From positions 1 to 29,467 of the forward strand of contig JAFZPW010000120.1 of assembly GCA_017552495.1 (NCBI GenBank): DNA of 29,467 nt. Reading direction: 5' to 3'. Made by a program: the position numbers and the translations under genes. The stretch is from Clostridia bacterium. Lineage in GTDB: Bacteria > Bacillota > Clostridia > Oscillospirales > Butyricicoccaceae. The first letter of the stretch is position 1, and the number at the start of each line of letters is the position of its first letter. Below are positions 7,184 through 15,188 of the stretch, in pieces. The notes beneath the pieces are model-generated. The model ran no database searches. It was not told the DNA's origin and was given only the letters and a program-made list of their open reading frames with translations.

Positions 7184-8329
7184 TCAGTTTTCCAAATAAT
7201 GCCCGAAAAACTCCAGAAACAGACGGCACCCGTCGGCAAGGCTGGCGGGATCCAGCCATTCTTCCCGGGTGTGGCATCCGCCTCCCGCGCATACGCCCAG
7301 ACAGACGGCGGGAATCCCAGCCGCAAGGGGGATGTTGCAGTCGGTGGAGCCGGAGGTGAAGACGGGCTCCCGCCCCGTCGCCTCCCGAACGGCCGCGGCG
7401 GCGCGCCCGATCAGGTCGTCCATCGCGCCCTCGTCCACCTGGCCGGCGCAGGGCCGTTCTCCGATCCGCTCCGCCGAAAGCGTTCCCGCTTCCGGGCTGC
7501 ATTTTGCCAGAACGGCTTGAAAAATTCCCTCCATTTCCGCCAGACAGCGGGGATCGTCGGATCGGTATTCATACAGCAGCTCCGCGCTCTGGGCAATGGT
7601 GTTCACCGAGGTTCCCCCGTTTATCACGCCCACGTTATAGGTGGTGCGACTGTCTCCCGCCGCAGGAACCTCCACCCGGTAAAGCTCGCGCACCAGTTCG
7701 GCCAGAATCGCGATGGCGCTGGGCTTGCCAAAATCCCGGAAGGAATGTCCTCCCCCGGTGGCCGCCCGCACGCGATAACGATGCGAGCCCACGGCCCGGG
7801 TGACGACGGCGGTAAGATTCGCGCCGTCCAGCGTCACCAGCTCCTTCACGCGGGAGCCGTATTCCGCCACGATGGCGCGGCTGCCCTTCAGGTTGCCAAG
7901 CCCCTCTTCGCAGGAATTGGCGACAAAGAGCACGCCGGTTTTGGTGGGCGGCGCCTTTTGCAGAATATAGCGGGCGCAGATCATCATCACCGCCAGATTG
8001 GCCGTATCGTCGGTCACTCCGGGACAGAGCATTCTGCCGTTTTCCTCGCGGAAGGGCATGGGCGCGATGTCGGGAAAGACGGTGTCGGTGTGGGCCATGA
8101 TGACCACCAGTTCGTTGTCCTCCGTCACGCGATAGGGGCAGATGACGTTCTGCGCGGCGTCGATCATTACGTTTTTCCCGCCGTTTTTTTCAAACCACGC
8201 TTTGCAGAAGGCCGCCCGCTTTTCCTCGTGATGGGATGGCGCCGGGATGGCGCACAGATCCCGGATCAGTTGCTTCAGTTCCTCCTGTGAATCCAAAATG
8301 TATTGCTCTGCCTCGCGGCTCAGTTTCAT
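7184..8329 (-). CDS. M20/M25/M40 family metallo-hydrolase (peptidase)
   Basis: Metal-ligand motifs MAHTDTV, GVTDDTANLA, CEEGLG, GSTDCN, CHTREEW; dimerisation domain NVGVINGGTSVNTIA. Confidence 0.9.
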   Translation of the reverse strand: MKLSREAEQYILDSQEELKQLIRDLCAIPAPSHHEEKRAAFCKAWFEKNGGKNVMIDAAQNVICPYRVTEDNELVVIMAHTDTVFPDIAPMPFREENGRMLCPGVTDDTANLAVMMICARYILQKAPPTKTGVLFVANSCEEGLGNLKGSRAIVAEYGSRVKELVTLDGANLTAVVTRAVGSHRYRVRAATGGGHSFRDFGKPSAIAILAELVRELYRVEVPAAGDSRTTYNVGVINGGTSVNTIAQSAELLYEYRSDDPRCLAEMEGIFQAVLAKCSPEAGTLSAERIGERPCAGQVDEGAMDDLIGRAAAAVREATGREPVFTSGSTDCNIPLAAGIPAVCLGVCAGGGCHTREEWLDPASLADGCRLFLEFFGHYLEN

Positions 8330-8366
8330 GGTCTTCCTCCTTTGCCGCCGCGCAGGCGGCCGTTTC

Positions 8367-9629
8367 TTATTTCCCCTTGATTTTTTCCCAATACTCCCGG
8401 GCGGCCTGCTCGGTGCGGTTGTCGCCGTATTCGTAATAGCGGGCGTCCTTCAGCTCGTCGGGCAGATATTGCTGGGCCACCCAGTGGCCGGGATAGTCGT
8501 GGGGATAGCGGTAACCCTGCTCCCGCTCAAAACCCGTCCCGTCGGCATGGACGTTCTGCATCTCCCGGGGGACGGTGCGCGCCTTGCCTGCCCGCACATC
8601 GACCCGCGCTCTGGATATGGCGGTCATGGCGGTGTTGGATTTGGGCCAGGTAGCCAGCAAAATCACCGCTTCGGAAAGGGGGAGCTGCGCCTCGGGCAGA
8701 CCCAATTGCAGCGCGCTGTCCACGCAGGCCTTGACGATGGGAACCGCCATGGGATAAGCCAGACCGATGTCCTCGCTGGCCGAGCACAGGATCCGGCGGC
8801 AGGCGCCGGTCAAATCTCCCGCCTCCAAAAGCCGTGCCAGATAATGCACCGCCGCGTCGGGATCCGAGCCCCGCATGGATTTCATCAGGGCCGAAACGAT
8901 GTCGAAATGCGCGTCGCCGTCCCGGTCATAGCGGTTGGAGGATTTCTGCGTCACGCTCTCGGCGTCGGCCAGCGCAACCTTCATGCAGCCGTCCTCCACG
9001 CTTGACGCGGCGCACAGAAGCTCCACCGCGTTGATGGCCTTGCGCACGTCGCCGCCGCAGGCCACGGCGATGTGATCCACCACGCCCTCCTCCAGTTCGA
9101 TTTTGAAATGCCGCTCCCTGGCGCACAGGCGGAAGGCCCGGCGGGCGGCCTTTGCCACGTCCGCCGGCGTCACCGGCTTGAATTCAAAGATGGTGCTGCG
9201 GGACAAGATGGCGTTGTAAACGTAAAAATAGGGATTTTCGGTGGTGGAAGCGATGAGCGTGATCTTGCCGCTCTCAATAAATTCCAGCAGGCTCTGTTGC
9301 TGCTTTTTGTTGAAATACTGGATCTCGTCCAGATAGAGCAGCACGCCTTCGGGCGCCAAAAGCGTGTCGAGCTGAGCCGCCACGTCCCGAATGTCCGCGG
9401 TGGTGGCGGTGGTGGCGTTGAGCTTGACCAGCCGGCGGCTGGTCTTGTTGGCGATGATCTGGGCCAGGGTGGTCTTTCCGATGCCCGAAGGGCCGTAAAA
9501 AATCATGTTCGGCACGCTGCCGCTGGCCAAAATGCGCCGCAGAAGGCCGTTTTCTCCGATGATATGCTGTTGTCCCACCATATCGTCCAGCTCCATGGGC
9601 CGGATCTTGTCTGCCAGCGGCTGATACAT
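8367..9629 (-). CDS. rarA: Replication-associated recombination protein A (MgsA/RarA AAA+ ATPase)
   Basis: LADKIRP..LDDMVGQQH, Walker A GPSGIGKT, LYLDEIQYFNKKQQ, ASTTENPYF, SALMKSMRGSDPDAA, YPHDYPGHWVAQQYLP. Confidence 0.96.
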   Translation of the reverse strand: MYQPLADKIRPMELDDMVGQQHIIGENGLLRRILASGSVPNMIFYGPSGIGKTTLAQIIANKTSRRLVKLNATTATTADIRDVAAQLDTLLAPEGVLLYLDEIQYFNKKQQQSLLEFIESGKITLIASTTENPYFYVYNAILSRSTIFEFKPVTPADVAKAARRAFRLCARERHFKIELEEGVVDHIAVACGGDVRKAINAVELLCAASSVEDGCMKVALADAESVTQKSSNRYDRDGDAHFDIVSALMKSMRGSDPDAAVHYLARLLEAGDLTGACRRILCSASEDIGLAYPMAVPIVKACVDSALQLGLPEAQLPLSEAVILLATWPKSNTAMTAISRARVDVRAGKARTVPREMQNVHADGTGFEREQGYRYPHDYPGHWVAQQYLPDELKDARYYEYGDNRTEQAAREYWEKIKGK

Positions 9630-9659
9630 AGGCTTCTCCTTTTTCTCATCGCAAAGGCG

Positions 9660-10424
9660 TCAATGCTTCTGCTGCTTCATCCAGATCTTCATAATCAGTT
9701 TATGGGGCAGCAGCTTGGTGGCTACCACCTGCAGCTTGTTGCTCAAACCGGGGACGCATACATCCCTGCCCTTTTCGCTGTCGCGCATGGCAACCCGCAC
9801 CACCTCTTCGGCGGTATAAATTTTATTGTAATTGGTGACCGCCGTTTTCGAGGTCTCCCACGCATGGTCGAAAAATTCGGTCTGCACCCAATAGGGGCAG
9901 AAGGCCATCACCTTAATGTTGCGGGGCCGCAGCTCCACATTGAGACTGCGGGCATAACTCAAAACAAAAGCCTTGGTGGCGCCGTAGATGCTCATATAGG
10001 GCACCGGTTGAAAGGCCGACATGGAATCCACCTGCACGATGCGCCCCCCCGCTTTCATGTAGGGCAGGGTCAGCGTGGTCACGCGCACCATGGATTTGCA
10101 GTTAAGCTCGATCATGTTCACGCTGTCCTCCAGCGGGATCTCGTCATAGCGGCCGAACTTGCCGAAACCGCTGGCGTTCACCAGAAACGCCACATCGGGC
10201 TTGTGCCGCTCCAGCAGGGCGCTGTATTCCCCATAGCTTTCCTCCCGCGTCAGATCCAGCGGCAAAAGACGCAGCGGGACGCGCACCTCTGTTTGCAGCG
10301 CCTCCAGCCGCTCTTTTCTGCGGGCGATGACCCAAATCTCGTCGATCCCACCCCGTTGGGCGGTCATTTTCACAAATTCTCTCCCCATGCCGGAGGAGGC
10401 GCCGGAGATAACGGCAACGCGCAT
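9660..10424 (-). CDS. Short-chain dehydrogenase/reductase (SDR)
   Basis: SGASSGMG Rossmann motif, LVNASGFG, catalytic YGATK; RBS GGAGTGG before ATG 10424. Confidence 0.93.
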   Translation of the reverse strand: MRVAVISGASSGMGREFVKMTAQRGGIDEIWVIARRKERLEALQTEVRVPLRLLPLDLTREESYGEYSALLERHKPDVAFLVNASGFGKFGRYDEIPLEDSVNMIELNCKSMVRVTTLTLPYMKAGGRIVQVDSMSAFQPVPYMSIYGATKAFVLSYARSLNVELRPRNIKVMAFCPYWVQTEFFDHAWETSKTAVTNYNKIYTAEEVVRVAMRDSEKGRDVCVPGLSNKLQVVATKLLPHKLIMKIWMKQQKH

Positions 10425-10596
10425 AAGACTTCCACTCCTGTCAACGATTTTAGTTTGATTTATTGTATCATACCCCGTGTTGGATTTCCAATCCTTTTTA
10501 CCCATTTTCCCCGTCGCGGCGTGTTTCTGTGGATTTTTCTGTGGGTTTCGTGGATAATGTCTAAGAAACACAAAAAAATTTTGTTGAATTTTTTGT

Positions 10597-10663
10597 CGAA
10601 CAACCGTTTGCATTTGTCGAACAAATGTGCTATACTGTTTTCAAATAAACGAACACTTGTTTG
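10597..10663 (+). promoter_or_regulatory. Sigma-A promoter overlapped by three putative LexA (SOS) boxes
   Basis: -35 TTGCAT 10608-10613, 17 bp spacer, TGcTATACT (-10 at 10631-10636); boxes CGAACAACCGTTTG 10597-10610, CGAACAAATGTGCT 10618-10631, CGAACACTTGTTTG 10650-10663 compared with the Firmicute GAAC-N4-GTTY motif. Confidence 0.8.
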
Positions 10664-10682
10664 TATTTTGGAGGCGATCACC

Positions 10683-10928
10683 ATGAAGAAACACGGTCAA
10701 CGGATGGAGCTTTTGGGCGGCTTGGGCCTGCTGTGGCTGGCCATGGCCTCCGACGGCGGCATCATCGGCGTCCTGCCCACTGTTTTGCTGGGGCTTCTGT
10801 GCGTCTCTGTTCTGCTTTTGGGCGATCTGTTTACCCGTCCCCGCAAAAGGCGCGCCCGCCGCGCTTCCCCGGCGGCCCGGCCCGTTCCCGCCAACGTGGT
10901 GCCCTTCTCCGCCTCCCGCGCCGCCTGA
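10683..10928 (+). CDS. Small hypothetical membrane protein, 81 aa (putatively SOS-regulated)
   Basis: GGAGG RBS, ATG 10683; two hydrophobic segments then a basic tail (RPRKRRARR); has its own promoter and terminator. Confidence 0.8.
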   Translation: MKKHGQRMELLGGLGLLWLAMASDGGIIGVLPTVLLGLLCVSVLLLGDLFTRPRKRRARRASPAARPVPANVVPFSASRAA

Positions 10929-10942
10929 TCCCGGAAAAATCA

Positions 10943-10980
10943 CTCGCCTGCCTCGTTCGGCAGGCGGGTTTTGCTTTTTG
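10943..10980 (+). terminator. Rho-independent terminator of the small membrane protein gene
   Basis: CTCGCCTGCC / GGCAGGCGGG stem followed by TTTTGCTTTTT. Confidence 0.8.
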
Positions 10981-10988
10981 TTCCGGTT

Positions 10989-12128
10989 TTACGCTCCCGC
11001 CAGCTTTTTCAGTTCCCGCAGGAGGCATTCGCACTTTTTCGTGCCAATATAACCCCGGTCGCCGCATAGGGCACAGTCGGGTTTGTCCGCGAGATAGTCG
11101 GCGGGCTTGCCCAGTTTTTCCAGGATCTCTCGCTGAAGGGCCAGACTTTCCCGGTATTTGGCCTCCAGCGCCGCACGGGCTTCGCCGGTGCTCCGGGCCA
11201 TTCGCGAGGCGCACAGACGCATGGCGCTCTCGTTTTCGGCAAAGGCTTTGGATTCCCGCCGCAGCTCCTCCCGCCGCTTTTCCAGCGTCACGGCCCGTTT
11301 TTGCCGTTTTTCCTGCATTTTTTGCAGGATCACCGTTTCGGCGCTTTCGGGCTTTTTTCCGGCCTGCGGCGTCTTCGGCCCCTCCCGCATTTCCCGCTCG
11401 GCCTGTTCCGGCGCAGTGATACCTTTCTCGTGCCATGCGGTAACGATCTTGTCCAGATAGGGCCAGCTCATGCGTCCCGCGCCCAGTAGCGTCCGGTCAT
11501 GGGCCAACTTCAGAAGAGCGTCGGAAACGCCCATCTTGTCCCATTTGTCGATGTACTTCTGTTCGCTCTCGCCAGGCTGCCTGTCCCGCATACCGAAAAG
11601 CGCCAGCACCTTGGCGCCCCGCCCGCGGCGCTCCCGCTGCCGCTGGAGATACGCCTCGGCGTCGGCATACCCGGTCAGCCCCATGTCATGCCAGCGATAG
11701 GCTACCCGCTCCACCTCTCGGGCGCTGAGCCGGCCCCGCTGTGCGCAATCGCTGATGAGCAGGGTCAGCACCTCGGGCTTCATTTGCAGACTCTCGTGAA
11801 CGTTGAGCAAAGTCTCCATTTCCCGGCGGTTGAGGATGCGCCCGATGGACGATTCAAAATAGCCGCACAGCCCGGCAAACGCCGGGTCGCCCTCCCGGGC
11901 GCGCACTAGCTCGCCCGCGCTGTAAGCCGACTCCTGCCGCGGGGGCGGCGCAAGCTCCCGGGCCGTCAGCCCGTAGACCACCGTCAGTTCGGCCGCCTTA
12001 TGCACCTGCTCCGGCGCGAGTTCCAGCACCCGTGCCGCCTCCGCCTCGGTGCAACCGCCGTCCTTCGAAGCGGCATAGGCGTAAAGCAGCGCCGCCAGCG
12101 GGTCGCGCAGTCTCGCCAGCGTCGCCAT
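10989..12128 (-). CDS. DnaD/DnaB-family primosomal protein (two DnaB_2-like domains) with C-terminal coiled coil and Zn-binding motif
   Basis: FESSIGRILNRREMETL...EVERVAYRWHDMGL and YIDKW...SWPYLDKIVTAWHEKGITAPEQAE are DnaD-type repeats; the C-terminus has CALCGDRGYIGTKKCEC. Confidence 0.82.
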   Translation of the reverse strand: MATLARLRDPLAALLYAYAASKDGGCTEAEAARVLELAPEQVHKAAELTVVYGLTARELAPPPRQESAYSAGELVRAREGDPAFAGLCGYFESSIGRILNRREMETLLNVHESLQMKPEVLTLLISDCAQRGRLSAREVERVAYRWHDMGLTGYADAEAYLQRQRERRGRGAKVLALFGMRDRQPGESEQKYIDKWDKMGVSDALLKLAHDRTLLGAGRMSWPYLDKIVTAWHEKGITAPEQAEREMREGPKTPQAGKKPESAETVILQKMQEKRQKRAVTLEKRREELRRESKAFAENESAMRLCASRMARSTGEARAALEAKYRESLALQREILEKLGKPADYLADKPDCALCGDRGYIGTKKCECLLRELKKLAGA

Positions 12129-12346
12129 GGCCTCTTTTCCCTCTTTTTGCACGATCAATCTCTGCCCGTCCAAGGAGATCCCCTGCCTCTTTTCTCTGTT
12201 TTTTCTCAGTATAACAAAAATAGTTGCCCGCGTAAAGCAAAAAGGGATGGAAATTTCCCCGCCGATTTGCTATACTGGATTCAGTGGGGCGCCGTCCTCT
12301 TTTTTCCGTGCGCCCAAGCCTTTCATTTTGAGAAAGGAGCGGTTTT

Positions 12347-13450
12347 ATGGATCGCTTTTACGCGCTGGCGCGAGCCTGCGGCAAAGAAGAAGTCTTCGGG
12401 CGGGAAATCCTCTCCTGCACCGTTTTCCGTCATATGGCTCTGGCGGTGGAGGCCGCCGGAGGCACGGCGTATCTGGAATCCGACGTCTGCGCGGGCGCGC
12501 GCATCACCCGCGAGGCTTTTTGCGCCGTGGCAAAGGACGCCCCCGTCCTGCTGCTGCGGTCTCCCGCGGCGGCTCTTTCCGCCGAAACGCTGATCCGGCT
12601 TACCGACCGGCCCGAGACCTCGGCGCTGGTGGCCGGCCCCAACGTGCTGGCTCTGTGGGGCGGCGCAGGCGAGGTCTTTTCCCTGGATCCCGGCGCGCTG
12701 CCCGACACGGTGGCCCGGGTACAGGCTCTGCCCGTGGAATCCATCCCCGTCACCGATCCTGAGAGCGCTTATGCCGTACAGGAGCAGCTTCGCCGCCGGA
12801 TCAATCTAAGCTGGATGCAAAAGGGCGTCTTTCTCACCGACCCCAACACCACCCACATCTCGCCCCAAGCGGTGCTGGAGCCCGGCTGCACGCTTTTGCC
12901 CGGCTGCCTGATCTACGGAGAAAGCACGGTGGCCGCGGGCGCCGTCATCGGCCCCAACACGCTGCTGAAAAACGCCCGCGTGGGGGAAAACTGCACCGTC
13001 AATTCCTCTCAGATCACCGACAGCACCGTGGGCAGCGGCACCACCGTGGGCCCCTTTGCCTATATCCGCCCGGGCTGCGTCATCGGTTCCAACGCCCGCA
13101 TCGGCGATTTCGTCGAACTGAAAAATTCCGCCGTGGGCGACGGCACCAAGATCTCCCACCTCACCTATATCGGCGACAGCGATCTGGGCAAGCGCATCAA
13201 TGTGGGCTGCGGCGTAGTCACCGTCAACTACGACGGCAAGCGCAAATACCGCACCACCGTGGAGGACGACAGTTTCGTCGGCTGCAACGTTAATCTGGTC
13301 TCGCCGGTGAAGATCGGCCGGGGCGCCTATCTGGCCGCCGGCGGCACCATCACCGAGGACGTGCCGGAGGAGGCGCTGGTCATCGCCCGCGCCCGGGCCA
13401 CCGTCAAACGTGACTGGGTGAAAAAGCGCAAAGAGGCCGGAAAGCTCTGA
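12347..13450 (+). CDS. glmU: GlmU-like glucosamine-1-phosphate N-acetyltransferase with degenerate N-terminal uridyltransferase domain
   Basis: C-terminal hexapeptide LbH domain GPFAYIRPG, GDFVELKNS, KISHLTYIGDS, TVNYDGKRK; lies upstream of prs as usual; the N-terminus lacks the LAAGxGTRM motif. Confidence 0.85.
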   Translation: MDRFYALARACGKEEVFGREILSCTVFRHMALAVEAAGGTAYLESDVCAGARITREAFCAVAKDAPVLLLRSPAAALSAETLIRLTDRPETSALVAGPNVLALWGGAGEVFSLDPGALPDTVARVQALPVESIPVTDPESAYAVQEQLRRRINLSWMQKGVFLTDPNTTHISPQAVLEPGCTLLPGCLIYGESTVAAGAVIGPNTLLKNARVGENCTVNSSQITDSTVGSGTTVGPFAYIRPGCVIGSNARIGDFVELKNSAVGDGTKISHLTYIGDSDLGKRINVGCGVVTVNYDGKRKYRTTVEDDSFVGCNVNLVSPVKIGRGAYLAAGGTITEDVPEEALVIARARATVKRDWVKKRKEAGKL

Positions 13451-13508
13451 CCGGCGCCCGCAACCGCAGATAACAGTCAAATTATTAATATATTGGGGGT
13501 AATCGCAT

Positions 13509-14468
13509 ATGATTTCTCACGGCACCAAGATCAAGCTGTTCGCAGCCAATTCCAATCCCGCGCTGGCGCAAAAGATCGCCGACAAGCTGGGCATGCCGCT
13601 GGGCGACTGCGTGGTCAAGCAGTTCTCCGACGGTGAAATTTCGGTCTCCATCAACGAGACCGTTCGTGGCTGCGACGTTTTCGTCATCCAGTCCACCTGC
13701 TATCCCGTCAACGACAATTTCATGGAGCTGCTCATCATGATCGACGCCTTCCGCCGGGCCTCCGCCGGGCGCATCACCGCCGTCATTCCCTATTTCGGCT
13801 ATGCCCGGCAGGATCGCAAGGCCAAGCCCCGCGACCCCATCTCCGCCAAGTTGTGCGCCGAGATGCTGGAGGCCGCCGGCGCGAACCGGGTGCTCACCAT
13901 GGATCTTCACGCCAGCCAGATCCAGGGCTTTTTCAACATCCCGCTGGACAATCTGGTGGGCGCCAGGCTGCTCTCGCAGTATTTCTATGACCGCATCGGC
14001 GCCGGCAACCCCGATTATGTGGTGGTTTCGCCCGATCTGGGCTCGGTGACCCGCGCCCGCAAGTTTACCGACAAGCTGGATCTGCCCCTGGCCATCGTGG
14101 ACAAGCGGCGTCCCAAGCCCAACGTATCCGAGGTCATGAACATCATCGGTGACGTCAAGGGCAAAAAAGTTATTCTGGTGGACGACATGGTGGACACCGC
14201 CGGCACTCTGTGCCACGGCGCGAAGGCGCTCATTGAGCGGGGCGGCGCCACTGAGGTAATCGCCTGCGCCACCCACGGCGTTTTGTCCGGCCCCGCCATC
14301 GAGCGGCTGCAGAACAGCGTCATTTCCAAGCTCATCTTGCTGGACACCATCCCCATCGAGGGAGAAAAGGCCATCGACAAGATCGAGGTGTTGTCCGTGG
14401 CCGGCCTGTTCTCCGAGGCCATTCGCCGCGTCTTTGACGAAACGGCCATGTCCGATCTGTATAACTGA
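13509..14468 (+). CDS. prs: Ribose-phosphate pyrophosphokinase
   Basis: [46 protein letters not shown]. Confidence 0.98.
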   Translation: MISHGTKIKLFAANSNPALAQKIADKLGMPLGDCVVKQFSDGEISVSINETVRGCDVFVIQSTCYPVNDNFMELLIMIDAFRRASAGRITAVIPYFGYARQDRKAKPRDPISAKLCAEMLEAAGANRVLTMDLHASQIQGFFNIPLDNLVGARLLSQYFYDRIGAGNPDYVVVSPDLGSVTRARKFTDKLDLPLAIVDKRRPKPNVSEVMNIIGDVKGKKVILVDDMVDTAGTLCHGAKALIERGGATEVIACATHGVLSGPAIERLQNSVISKLILLDTIPIEGEKAIDKIEVLSVAGLFSEAIRRVFDETAMSDLYN

Positions 14469-14477
14469 TGTTATAAT
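14469..14477 (+). promoter_or_regulatory. Extended -10 promoter upstream of pth
   Basis: TGtTATAAT immediately after the prs stop codon; no good -35. Confidence 0.55.
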
Positions 14478-14539
14478 TGATGTTTTCCGGCGGAGCCGTA
14501 TCCCGGCTCTGTCCGGTAATTTGAAAAGGGGCGCTTTCT

Positions 14540-15184
14540 ATTTTTCGACGGAAAAAGATTTCGGAACCGAAGCAGATCGATTTCATCGTCTGCGGACTGG
14601 GCAATCCCGGCGGCAAATACGAGATGACCCGCCACAACGTGGGCTTCTGCGCCATTGACCTGCTGGCGGAACAACTGGGTCTGGGGCGGCTGAAAAGCGC
14701 CAAATGCAAGGCGCTTTACGGCGTATGCGCCGCGGGCGGCAAGCAGGTGCTTTTGATGAAGCCCCAAACATATATGAATCTGTCCGGCGAGGCGGTACGG
14801 GATATGCTTCGCGCCTATGGCCTCCCGCCGGAAAAGCTGCTGGTGATCTTCGACGACGCCGACCTGCCCGCAGGGCGCATCCGCATCCGCAAAAACGGCT
14901 CGGCGGGCACCCACAACGGTATGCGCAGCATCCTCTACCTGCTGGAAAGCGATCAATTCCCCCGCATCAAGGTGGGAATCGGCCATCCCGGCCGGGAAGA
15001 GGGCGAGGATCTGGCGGATTATGTCCTTTCACCCATGGATAGCGACGCCTGGGCGGCGGTGAAGGCCGTTCCCGGCGCGGTGATCGATCTGCTGGAACAC
15101 GGCGTGGAGCACGCCATGCAGGAATACAACAGATTTTCTCCCGGGCCCGCCCCGGTGAAAACAGAAAACCCGGAAAAGGAGTGA
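14540..15184 (+). CDS. pth: Peptidyl-tRNA hydrolase (start assigned to non-canonical ATT)
   Basis: IVCGLGNPGGKYEMTRHNVGF, LMKPQTYMNLSG, DDADLPAGRIRIRKNGSAGTHNGMRSI. In-frame TGA at 14522 and no ATG/GTG/TTG before the GLGNPG motif; AAGGGG RBS precedes ATT 14540. The ORF-track start (14624) lies inside the conserved motif. Confidence 0.9.
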   Translation: MFRRKKISEPKQIDFIVCGLGNPGGKYEMTRHNVGFCAIDLLAEQLGLGRLKSAKCKALYGVCAAGGKQVLLMKPQTYMNLSGEAVRDMLRAYGLPPEKLLVIFDDADLPAGRIRIRKNGSAGTHNGMRSILYLLESDQFPRIKVGIGHPGREEGEDLADYVLSPMDSDAWAAVKAVPGAVIDLLEHGVEHAMQEYNRFSPGPAPVKTENPEKE

Positions 15185-15188
15185 CAAA

